This document shows positions 9,452 through 18,770 of a DNA stretch of 64,000 nt, in pieces; the first letter of the stretch is position 1; each line of letters begins with the position of its first letter. The DNA lies in NCBI GenBank assembly GCA_963805085.1, contig CAWDTA010000005.1, forward strand, positions 96,001 through 160,000. The letters run 5' to 3'. The translations under genes were made by a program, and so were the position numbers. The notes below the pieces were generated by a model. The model did no database searches. It saw only the letters and a program-made list of their open reading frames with translations, and was not told the DNA's origin. This stretch comes from an uncultured Veillonellaceae bacterium. GTDB taxonomy: Bacteria > Bacillota > Negativicutes > JARBTT01.

Positions 9452-11215
9452 TTAGCGTTTTGCAGCACTTGTTCCTGCAAGACGACCAAAAACTAGAGCA
9501 GTTGCATGACTTACACCAGCAGTAACAACTGGATAATCAGCAAGGAATCTTCCTCCCATTGAGTTTCCAGCTACATATAAACCTTCGATCCCATTGTAAT
9601 CTTTATCGAGAACATTGCATGTCTCTGGATCACAAGTAAGTCCACCCATAGTTATGAGTGTAGCGCCACCTTCCATTTTACCTGCATAAAATGGAGCAGT
9701 CTTAATAGAAAATAGACGTTTGGCTGTTTTGCCAAAATCGTCATCAAGACCTTTTTCACAAAGTTCATTATAGCGTTTGATTGATTGAAGTAATGATTTT
9801 TTAGCGTTTGCATCCATATTAAGCTTATTGGCCAAATCTTCTAAACTATCTGCAACGATAAGATCTTTAGTTTTAAGAAAGTCTGCACGAGAGGTATAGG
9901 CTGTTCTACCAAGCGCCCATTCGCAACCTTTTAATTTTGGATTTTTATCATCAGCAACAAAATGATTTACACTTCCGTGTGAGACACCCATATATTCAAG
10001 TTGTTCAGGCCACTTATCATCAAATATTTGCCATGCAAAATTTTCTGGTTGACGATAAAGTGCGCAAGATAATTGCTGTCCGCCGATATCTTCATTGACA
10101 AAACGTTTACCTTTAGTATTTACAAGGAAATAAGCATCAACCCCCATAGGACCGCCAAGTGTGTGAATTACTGGAGCATGAGGACCATCTTCAATTTTTC
10201 CGCCAATCCATGCACCAAGTCTATGTCCATCACCTGTATTGGTAGGGTTCCCTTTGGCATCTTTATTAGGGAATACATTTACATAATCAATTGCCCAAGG
10301 CACAAAATGTTTTATCATGTCCTTATTGCCACCATAATCGCCAGTTGTCAAAATAACACTTTTCTTAGCAAGAACTTTTGTATATGCGCCTTTTGTATTT
10401 TGACAGATGACACCTTCGACTCTACCTTTATTGTCAGGACGAATCAATTTACGTGCAGCGTTAGAGAAGATAAATTTGCAACCTTGATCTAAGCATTTTT
10501 TATAAACACGACTTATGATTTCTTCTTGACTTGGTAAGAAGGTCATAACCGTTGGATATGTAGGACTGTTTTCCTCTTCACGGTTGTAATGTTCTGGGAT
10601 AGGATAATGCATCATCATTAAATTAATTTTATTATCGGCCAAAGCCAATGCATTTTCTGGAAGAACTTCAAGATCTGGCGCAAGTTCTAGCAGCCAATCA
10701 AAATCTTCACCGCTATGATCTGCCCAGTATTTCCAGAGCCGCTGGTCAGCTCGGTAGCCCATCTGTTTCATATTTTCAAGGATGGCAGCATTTTTATCTA
10801 TTGTAATACCAAGCTTTTTTTGAATCTTATTGTCGATGGTTCCATATTGACCACTGCGACATTGATAAGTACCAGCTTTTTCAATCACAATAACCGAAGC
10901 ACCTGCTTCTGACGCTGCTCGTGCGGCAAATAAACCAGCAACACCAGCACCGACAATAACTACATCTGCTTTGACTGTCTGCTTAATTTCAGAGTCAGTA
11001 ATCGTTGGCGGCTCTCCAAGCCAATTTCCAGTTGGCATTTCTTTAGGTTTTGGTTCGCGTAATAGCTTCTCTTGGTTACCACAACCGGATAGAAGTAAGC
11101 TGCTAGAAACAAAGCCGGCAGCAGCCATTGCGCCTCCTTTTAGAAAATTTCTTCGTGATAGTTTGTCCTGAGACTTCTTTTCATTTGTAATAGTATCGTT
11201 CTTACTCATAAGCAT
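9452..11215 (-). CDS. Tat-exported FAD-dependent reductase lipoprotein (flavocytochrome c / FAD_binding_2 family), substrate unknown
   Basis: SRRNFLK twin-Arg plus LSGC lipobox; VVIVGAGVAG dinucleotide fold; TGDG, GKRFVNE, TMGGL, GLYVAGN motifs. Confidence 0.88.
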   Translation of the reverse strand: MLMSKNDTITNEKKSQDKLSRRNFLKGGAMAAAGFVSSSLLLSGCGNQEKLLREPKPKEMPTGNWLGEPPTITDSEIKQTVKADVVIVGAGVAGLFAARAASEAGASVIVIEKAGTYQCRSGQYGTIDNKIQKKLGITIDKNAAILENMKQMGYRADQRLWKYWADHSGEDFDWLLELAPDLEVLPENALALADNKINLMMMHYPIPEHYNREEENSPTYPTVMTFLPSQEEIISRVYKKCLDQGCKFIFSNAARKLIRPDNKGRVEGVICQNTKGAYTKVLAKKSVILTTGDYGGNKDMIKHFVPWAIDYVNVFPNKDAKGNPTNTGDGHRLGAWIGGKIEDGPHAPVIHTLGGPMGVDAYFLVNTKGKRFVNEDIGGQQLSCALYRQPENFAWQIFDDKWPEQLEYMGVSHGSVNHFVADDKNPKLKGCEWALGRTAYTSRADFLKTKDLIVADSLEDLANKLNMDANAKKSLLQSIKRYNELCEKGLDDDFGKTAKRLFSIKTAPFYAGKMEGGATLITMGGLTCDPETCNVLDKDYNGIEGLYVAGNSMGGRFLADYPVVTAGVSHATALVFGRLAGTSAAKR

Positions 11216-11363
11216 CGTTCCTTTTTAAAATATATTTAGTGTATTGTTTATCTACAGTAAGCCCAGCTATTTAATGGTTGGCTTATTGCTTTATAAAAAG
11301 AAGAAACTTTTATGGATATTTAAGCCGTTTTTATAAACTATTATTACAAAAGCTTTAATCCAC

Positions 11364-11476
11364 AATAAAAATAAGTTATGTATGTATAACTTGTATTTTA
11401 GAGTGAATTAGGATTCAAAACAAATAATCTATTTCATATAGATTATGCAAATTATTATTTCATAAATAAAAGTTAT
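11364..11476 (-). promoter_or_regulatory. Duplicated promoter/operator region, copy B (upstream of flavoprotein operon)
   Basis: Aligns with 4542-4655; TTGTTT-17-TAAAAT on - strand; GTTATGTATGTATAAC imperfect palindrome. Confidence 0.7.
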
Positions 11477-11631
11477 ATATCATCTTATATGGCTATGATT
11501 TTCACTTTTGAAGGTATATTTTGTCGAAAAATAGACTGGACAGTTTTTTTTTTGCATGTATTATTAGGTAAAGAAAAAACAACGCTAATATATCTGATAA
11601 TTCCTATTTTGGATGGAGTGAAAAGAAGTTT

Positions 11632-13566
11632 ATGAATAATAAGCAGAAAAATCTAATAAAAATTTTGTTAGATGCTAATGAAAACATAACTGCAAGTTCT
11701 TTGGCTAGTAAAATAGGAGTTTCTATTCGCAGCATAATGAATTACATTTCTGAAATTAATTTTTTTTATGCTGGATTAATTGCATCCTCTAGAAGTGGCT
11801 ATAATATTGATAAAACTATGGCAAAAAAATTGCTGGAATTTAAAAGAACAAAAGTTCCTCAAACACCAGAGGAACGTGTCAATCATATTATTAAAACTAT
11901 GCTTACAAAAAAATCTGAGTTTGATAAAGGTTTTGATTTACATGAATTTGCAAGTGAAATGTATGTAAGTGTAGAAACAGTGAAAAAAGATATAGGAAAA
12001 GTAAGAAAGAAAATTGCGGATTTTGAACTTAGTATTCATATGGATAACGCTTATATTTTGCTTGAAGGTGCAGAAAGTGACAAACGCAAACTTATAAGTA
12101 AGGCGATTTATGAAGAATTTGGTAAAAGTAAATTTAGCGCTTCTGCAATACAACAAATTTTTCAGCCTTATAATGTAGAAAAACTATATTCTATCATTAT
12201 TGAGCAATGTGGAAAGCATTATTATTTTGTGAATGACTGTGTAATATTAAATTTGATTTTAGATACCATGATTAGTATCGATCGTATAACAAATGATAAA
12301 ACTATTCTCTTGATAAAAGGGAGCGAAGAGAAGTTGGAGTGCCGAGAACGAGAAATAACAGTTCAGATTGTTGGTGAAATTGAACGCTATTATGGAATTG
12401 TTTACAATGAAATAGAGATTGACTATCTTACTGATATTATGATGAGTTACTTAATTCCAGTCGATTTTCAGAAAATTTGCAAAACAAATGTTGGCAAAAT
12501 TGTTGGTATAAACTGTATGAATATCGTTAACGAAGTTTTTCGATATACAAAAGCAAATTTTTATTTCATCAATACGGAAAATGATCATTTTGTGGTTCGT
12601 TTTGCTTTACATATGAAAAAATTATTATGCCGCTTACAAAGTGGTCATACCATCAATGATCCTTTAAAAGTTGATCTAAAAATGTCATACCCGTTTATTT
12701 TTGAATGTGCAGTAAGTATTGCGTGGGAAATTACACAGCTAACAGGGTATAAATTAACTGAAGACAATATTGCCCAAATTGCGGTGCATATGGGGTATAA
12801 TTTTGTGGAACAGAAAGAAAAGGCTCCTAAGCTTTGCTGTTGCTTATTAATTACTCATTACTATGATTATGGAGAACAGGTTATCGAAAAAATTAGTAAA
12901 CAATTTAAAAATGATATCATTGTTTTAGATATATTGAGAGTAGAAAAGCAAATAAAAGATTTTAAAAATGTTGACTTGATAATTTCAACGGTTCCATTGC
13001 CGGAAAGCTTTAAAACGGAATGGGTTAGAATCAATCCATTTCTCTTAGAACCAGATATTAGTAGGATTTCAAAAAAGATAAAATCTGTAATGTTGTCGAG
13101 AAAAAAACAGTTTTTGCTTAATGCATTATTAAAAATTACAAATGCAAATCTGTTCTGTAAAAATTTAAAAAGAAAAAATAAAATAACCCAAAAAGATGCG
13201 ATTCTTTTTATGAAAGAAATATTAGAAAGAGGCGGATATGTAGATAAGGATTTTGATGCTGCTATAGTTGAACGAGAAAAATATTCGTCTACGGTATTTG
13301 GGCAAATTGCCGTTCCACATCCGATAAAAATGACAGCTCATAAAACAGGGCTTTTTATAATGATCAATGACAAACCAATACTCTGGGAAAAACATGAAGT
13401 GAATGTTATTTTACTTTTTGCTGTGAATAAAAACGATTGGAAGCTTTTCTCTGACATATTTGATACGCTAGTTGCTCTTATGCTAGAGATTGAAAACCTA
13501 AATAAAGTAATGCAATGTAATACTTATGAAGAATTTGTCGATGTTGTTGTAAGCTTAGTTGAATAA
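11632..13566 (+). CDS. PRD-domain transcriptional activator (MtlR/LicR/ManR type: HTH-Mga-PRD-EIIB-EIIA)
   Basis: N-terminal HTH (LASKIGVSIRSI), second HTH (ASEMYVSVETVKKD), PRD His motifs FALHM and IAVHM, EIIA REKYSST..IAVPHP. Confidence 0.88.
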   Translation: MNNKQKNLIKILLDANENITASSLASKIGVSIRSIMNYISEINFFYAGLIASSRSGYNIDKTMAKKLLEFKRTKVPQTPEERVNHIIKTMLTKKSEFDKGFDLHEFASEMYVSVETVKKDIGKVRKKIADFELSIHMDNAYILLEGAESDKRKLISKAIYEEFGKSKFSASAIQQIFQPYNVEKLYSIIIEQCGKHYYFVNDCVILNLILDTMISIDRITNDKTILLIKGSEEKLECREREITVQIVGEIERYYGIVYNEIEIDYLTDIMMSYLIPVDFQKICKTNVGKIVGINCMNIVNEVFRYTKANFYFINTENDHFVVRFALHMKKLLCRLQSGHTINDPLKVDLKMSYPFIFECAVSIAWEITQLTGYKLTEDNIAQIAVHMGYNFVEQKEKAPKLCCCLLITHYYDYGEQVIEKISKQFKNDIIVLDILRVEKQIKDFKNVDLIISTVPLPESFKTEWVRINPFLLEPDISRISKKIKSVMLSRKKQFLLNALLKITNANLFCKNLKRKNKITQKDAILFMKEILERGGYVDKDFDAAIVEREKYSSTVFGQIAVPHPIKMTAHKTGLFIMINDKPILWEKHEVNVILLFAVNKNDWKLFSDIFDTLVALMLEIENLNKVMQCNTYEEFVDVVVSLVE

Positions 13567-13632
13567 ATTGGACATAATATAATCTAAAAAGATAAAACTA
13601 ATGGTATAGCTAAAAGCACTAGGAGGAATCTT

Positions 13633-13819
13633 TTGATATCAGATTATAGTTGTTGTCACAGGCAGAAAAAACAATTGTTATCCAAAATGTTAACAAGAAT
13701 ATGAGCGCAGGTGCCCGGCATGTGGTCATGTATGTGCATGGGATTGTCATATGTGTTTAACATGTGGCCATCATTTTAGTCATAAACATGAGTGCTCCCA
13801 TTGTCATTGTGAATTCTAA
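13633..13819 (+). pseudogene. Cys/His-rich small protein, copy 2, 5' half disrupted
   Basis: AGGAGG RBS; ATA (preceded by TTG) where copy 1 has ATG; frameshift and in-frame TAA at 13691; intact 3' half ERRCPACGHVCAWDCHMCLTCGHHFSHKHECSHCHCEF*. Confidence 0.7.
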
Positions 13820-13852
13820 ACGGAAACGTCCTCTGGGGCGTTTTTTTATATA

Positions 13853-13889
13853 AAAAAAGCTGGCTAACAAAAATGTTAGCCAGCTTTTT
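13853..13889. terminator. Bidirectional rho-independent terminator
   Basis: aaaaaagctggctaaca-aaaa-tgttagccagcttttt. Confidence 0.8.
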
Positions 13890-13904
13890 GAGTTTTGGTG
13901 TTAT

Positions 13905-15080
13905 TTATTTCTCTTTTATCTGAACTTCGACGACAGCTTTTTTCGCTAAATTCATAATCTGGGTAGGTGTAAGATTTTCCTGAGGTTCAGCAGCTGGAAA
14001 GTATAGTCCATCAGGAAGCGTGCTGATCAAGTTCTGAATATAATTAATTTTAACGGCAAAATTAACATTTTGAGGAATGGTTCCGGTAAATAACATTGTT
14101 GCTGCCCCGTTCATGCTAGCAGTAACTACACCGATAACTTGTCCCTTTTCATTTAATAAAGGACTGCCACTATTACCCGGTTGTATTGGAATGCTAATCT
14201 GGTACATTCTTACATCGTCTTTAAAACCAGTGATACTATTGATGATACCTTCACTTAATTTAGCTTTATCTCCTAGCATATTCGGCATAGGAAAGCCAAC
14301 CGCATATACAGGATCACCATCTTTTGCATTTTGCGTATTGCCAAGAAATAATGGGCTAACCGAGCCTTTGAAATCATCTACCTTTAAGATAGCCAGATCG
14401 TTTGCCGCGTCTTTTGCTATCACAGTAGCGGCTATCTTTTGATCATTGTTGTATACAATTTCAATATTTTTAGCTTTATCAATGACATGATGATTGGTGA
14501 TAATCAGATTTTGTGTGATAAAAAATCCAGAACCTGAACCAACTTTTTTTAGCGCTAGATTTTTGCCATCAATTTTATCGTTTGGATATATCCGATATAG
14601 ATGTTTTATTTCTCTTTTATTTTTGGTAGTTTGCATATAAGTAATTGTATTGTCGTCCATTAATCGAAAGGTATTTCCAGCTAATTTGTTTTCGGTAAAA
14701 ACCAGAAGATTTTGTTTGTATTCATGCAATGATCCAATATATAACTTTGAAGCAGCAGAAGCTTTTAACTGAAGTTTGAGTGCTCCTGGACTCCAAGCAG
14801 AGTCGTTGCTTTGTGTGATGAAGCCAAGATAATCATAACCTCTTTCTACGGAAAAAGTATTTTTTATAATTGCAAGTTCATACTGATCATTTTCAGCCGT
14901 CCAAATGCCTTCAATTAGATCTTTGTTATCAGTGGTTAAAAAGTCCTGAATGGCTTTTTCCCTGCTGAAATCTTTGTCAGGCAATGGTTGTGCAGAACAA
15001 GGAATTGTAATAAAGCAGAGTAAAAATAAAATAAAAGCAAAATGTAGATGTCTTTTCAATGTAAAGAGCCTCCCAATCAT
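13905..15080 (-). CDS. Secreted trypsin-like (S1C) serine protease without PDZ
   Basis: Signal peptide; GSGSGFF, TNHHVI, NDLAIL, QPGNSGSPL catalytic triad motifs. Confidence 0.9.
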   Translation of the reverse strand: MIGRLFTLKRHLHFAFILFLLCFITIPCSAQPLPDKDFSREKAIQDFLTTDNKDLIEGIWTAENDQYELAIIKNTFSVERGYDYLGFITQSNDSAWSPGALKLQLKASAASKLYIGSLHEYKQNLLVFTENKLAGNTFRLMDDNTITYMQTTKNKREIKHLYRIYPNDKIDGKNLALKKVGSGSGFFITQNLIITNHHVIDKAKNIEIVYNNDQKIAATVIAKDAANDLAILKVDDFKGSVSPLFLGNTQNAKDGDPVYAVGFPMPNMLGDKAKLSEGIINSITGFKDDVRMYQISIPIQPGNSGSPLLNEKGQVIGVVTASMNGAATMLFTGTIPQNVNFAVKINYIQNLISTLPDGLYFPAAEPQENLTPTQIMNLAKKAVVEVQIKEK

Positions 15081-15336
15081 TTCATACTAACAAAATTCAT
15101 TATAACATATTTTATTTTGGTTAATAAGGGATAAATTTCCTATGTACAGCCTTTGATAAGCGTGCTTTTCATTACAATAAAAAGTTTTTTTTTATTATGT
15201 AACAATTTTGCAAGAAATTTGTTTGCTATATGATAATTTTGTAAATTATAATATAGTGCAAGAGCAACTGTTTAATAATAAAGTTGATAACTATAAATAG
15301 AGGAATACGGTGCAAGTAAGTGGTGGAGGTTGCAAT

Positions 15337-16770
15337 ATGCTTGAAACATTAAAACAAACGAATTATTATCGATGGCTTATTTTTGGCGTTACAGCGTTAG
15401 GTACATTTATGGCGACTTTAGATGCGAGTATTGTCAATGTTGCATTGCCCGTTATTTCACAGAAATTAGGCGCGGAGCTTTCAGTGGTGCAATGGGTTGT
15501 TTCAGCATATCTTTTGGTGATATCCAGTCTATTACCGCTGTTTGGTAAAGTCGGTGATATGTATGGGCGGCGACGAGTGTATTTATCGGGAATGGTGCTA
15601 TTCGCTATTGGCTCACTAATTTGCGGAATGTCAAATACGATATGGATGTTGGTCATTGCTAGGATCGTTCAGGCTGTTGGAGCTTCGATGCTAATGTCAA
15701 ATGCTCCAGCTATTGTCAGTACTACTTTTCCCGGGAAAGATCGGGGACGAGCCTTGGGCATGAATGGTACTGTTGTCGCTCTTGGTTCACTTACGGGGCC
15801 GAGCTTGGGGGGGATTCTCGTAGGCACTTTAAATTGGCAATCTATTTTCTATATCAATATTCCCATTGCGATTGCCGCAGTTTTGTTTGGTTATGCCATC
15901 CTTCCAGCAGATGAACAGCAAACGGTAAAGCCTTTTGATTATATGGGGGCATTATTATTTGCACTGGCCATGACTAGCTTATTGTTGGTTGTCAGCCATG
16001 GGCAGGAGTGGGGCTGGGCGTCTCCATATGTTTATAGTATTTCGTTTGTGGCGTTTATCGGCTTTAGTGCCTTTTTTTATCAGGAAATTCATGTGGAATA
16101 TCCCATGATTGAATTATCTTTATTTAAAAATTGGACATTATTATCAGGAAATATAGCGGGGATGCTTTCTTTTATGGCCATGTTTTCTAATAATATGCTA
16201 TTGCCTTTCTACTTACATACCATTTTATTATTGTCACCTACGCAAATCGGTATAGCAATTACGCCATTTCCTTTATTACTGGCAGTGACTGCACCTGCTA
16301 GCGGCTACCTATCCGAAAAAATGAATCCAGCGATACTAACGACATCTGGTTTATCTCTAACGATGGGGGGATTGCTATATATGTCGACACTAGATGCAAA
16401 TTCTACCATTTGGCATGTGATTATCAGTCAGGCGGTAATGGGAATTGGCAATGGATTGTTTCAATCACCTAATAATAATAGTGTTCTGAGTTCGGTGCCT
16501 AAAAGCAAAGTTGGCTTAGTGAGCGGTATTAATGCCTTGGTTCGTAATGTAGGGATGGTCAGTGGGGTAGCGATATCGGTCGCTGTTTTTGAAAATCACA
16601 AACATCAGATACTTAGTTCGATTGCACAACCGGATGTTTCAGAGCAAATTGCCGCATTTTTGTCTGCCTATCATGCTTCGCTTATTGTGGCAGCTTGTTT
16701 TGCGGGAATTGGGGCGATGATATCTTTTAATCGCAGAGTTTATTTGGAGAAATCTACGGAGCAAGACTAA
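15337..16770 (+). CDS. DHA2 (EmrB/QacA) family MFS efflux transporter
   Basis: FMATLDASIVNVALP, GKVGDMYGRRR, ARIVQAVG, GPSLGG; 14-TM pattern; GGAGG RBS before ATG 15337. Confidence 0.9.
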   Translation: MLETLKQTNYYRWLIFGVTALGTFMATLDASIVNVALPVISQKLGAELSVVQWVVSAYLLVISSLLPLFGKVGDMYGRRRVYLSGMVLFAIGSLICGMSNTIWMLVIARIVQAVGASMLMSNAPAIVSTTFPGKDRGRALGMNGTVVALGSLTGPSLGGILVGTLNWQSIFYINIPIAIAAVLFGYAILPADEQQTVKPFDYMGALLFALAMTSLLLVVSHGQEWGWASPYVYSISFVAFIGFSAFFYQEIHVEYPMIELSLFKNWTLLSGNIAGMLSFMAMFSNNMLLPFYLHTILLLSPTQIGIAITPFPLLLAVTAPASGYLSEKMNPAILTTSGLSLTMGGLLYMSTLDANSTIWHVIISQAVMGIGNGLFQSPNNNSVLSSVPKSKVGLVSGINALVRNVGMVSGVAISVAVFENHKHQILSSIAQPDVSEQIAAFLSAYHASLIVAACFAGIGAMISFNRRVYLEKSTEQD

Positions 16771-17205
16771 AACGGTTGCTAAAAAAATATAAATTTAAAA
16801 CAATAAAAGCTTCTACAGAATTTTGCATAAATCTGGTAGGAGCTTTCAACTTTTTGACGAAGTGCAAATAAGTGTGAAGCGAAAACGATAGTTTTGGAGC
16901 GAACTAAAGTGAAGTTCAGTTTTAAATAAGGCTGTAATGGGTACAGGCATAGTAAGCGAAGCATTTTGGGAAAAGAGTATGTAGTAATAAGGTGGATCCG
17001 AAATACAATAATCAAATAATGTAAAATTTAAAATTAACTGTAAATGCTACGAATAAGACTAGGCAAAGCTTGCAAAAAAAAGGTATAATAAAAAAATATT
17101 AAAATAAAGAAGGCTTTGTTTAATTTTAAAGTCTCTTGGTATTGATAGTTTAAATAAAGCTCAATTTTTGAGTGGGCTAGTGTTATAAGAAGGGGGATAG
17201 CAAGC

Positions 17206-18441
17206 ATGCGTAATTCTGGTAATAGTAAAACAATCAAACGGATGAATCAAATGGCGATACTTAATATTGTTAAGGATAATGAATTGATTTCGCGGCAGCA
17301 GATTGCCGAATTGACAGGCTTGACGCCAGCAGCAATTACTGGAATTGTTCGTGAGCTTATTACGATTGGTTTTGTTAAGGAAGTCGGTCTAGGTGAATCC
17401 CAAGGGGGGCGTAGACCGGTACATTTAAAATTCAATGGTAAGGCCGGGTATGTATTGGGTGTGGAAGTTACGAGTAAGGAAATCACATTAGCTGTAACTG
17501 ATTTTGAAAATATGCCAAAAGAAATGCATACGTTTGCTATCGATATGAAAGAGCCGAGTACGGCTATTGTTGAATTGAAAAAGTGTTTAGAAAAAATTAT
17601 TCATAGCAAAAAAAATCATGATAAAAACTTTCTTAGTATCGCAATAGCTTTTCCAGCGATTATGCAAAATGAGACAGGTGTCGTAAAACGGGCTGTAAAT
17701 CTAGGAGAAAAATGGAATGGGTTTCCGTTGAAAGTTACCTTAGAGCAAGCCTTAGGTTTACCCGTCTTCATTGATACGAATTCTAAGGTAGCAGCCTTAG
17801 GAGAAAAATGGTTTGGTGGCGGGATGAGCTGTAAAAACCTTATTTATATCAATATGGGTGAGGGTATTAGTGCGGGAATTATCATGGATGATCATATTGT
17901 GCAAGGAGCACAAGGGTATGCTGGGCAAATTGGTCATACGGTCATGATCGATCAAGGCCCATTATGTAATTGTGGTAATCGTGGTTGCTTGGAAGCAATT
18001 TGTGCTATTCCAGCCTTACTTCGAAAGGTTGAAGCTGAAATACCAGCTATTTCAGAGAGCGATATATTAAAAAAAAGATATATATTGAATCAAGAAATCA
18101 AAATGAGTGATATTCTGGAAATTGCTCATATGGAAGATTCTTATGCTAGAGATTTATTACGCAAAACGGCACGTTATGTTGCTAGGGCAACGGCAAATAT
18201 GATCAATACATGCAATCCTGATAAAGTATTTATTGGTGGTAAATTAGCAGTAAAGTCGCCCTTTTTCATCGAAGAATTTAGAAGTAATATCAGGATGCAT
18301 GCTTTTCCTGAAGTCGGTGGGTCAACACCGGTAACGATATCGAAATTGGGGGCAAATTCCGGCGTCATTGGAGCTTGTGCATTGGCGCTCACAAATTTAT
18401 TGAAATCGCCAAATTCGAAAATGATTATTGCTAAAAAATAA
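17206..18441 (+). CDS. ROK-family transcriptional repressor (XylR/NagC-like)
   Basis: N-terminal wHTH SRQQIAELTGLTPAAIT, GGRRP, GQIGHT..GPLCNCGNRGCLE Zn motif. Confidence 0.92.
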   Translation: MRNSGNSKTIKRMNQMAILNIVKDNELISRQQIAELTGLTPAAITGIVRELITIGFVKEVGLGESQGGRRPVHLKFNGKAGYVLGVEVTSKEITLAVTDFENMPKEMHTFAIDMKEPSTAIVELKKCLEKIIHSKKNHDKNFLSIAIAFPAIMQNETGVVKRAVNLGEKWNGFPLKVTLEQALGLPVFIDTNSKVAALGEKWFGGGMSCKNLIYINMGEGISAGIIMDDHIVQGAQGYAGQIGHTVMIDQGPLCNCGNRGCLEAICAIPALLRKVEAEIPAISESDILKKRYILNQEIKMSDILEIAHMEDSYARDLLRKTARYVARATANMINTCNPDKVFIGGKLAVKSPFFIEEFRSNIRMHAFPEVGGSTPVTISKLGANSGVIGACALALTNLLKSPNSKMIIAKK

Positions 18442-18770
18442 ATAGAATTAATTAAGAATAGTAAAAAAGTTAGGTTAAGTAAATCTAGCTTTTATCTGCG
18501 AAAATAGCCATAAAGTTAAAAAAATACAAAAATATACAAGATAAAAAGAAGGAAGTTTAAAGAAAATATAGAATTGTCATACAATGAGATAATTAAATAA
18601 GTTAATAAAGTATTGCACTAGTACGGAGGGATGCGAAGCGTGAACTTATAGTAAGGTTAAGAGAAGTAGCAATATCTGCATCAGAATAATCAGAATAATC
18701 GCAACAGTACATGAATTTGTTTTGAAATGTAATAATGGATACTATTAAATAGTGGGAGGATTAATTCTAA

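Noticed and set aside
16779-17237. Short - strand ORFs in the MFS-ROK intergenic region
   Set aside because: Overlap terminator/promoter sequence; no RBS or recognisable protein features
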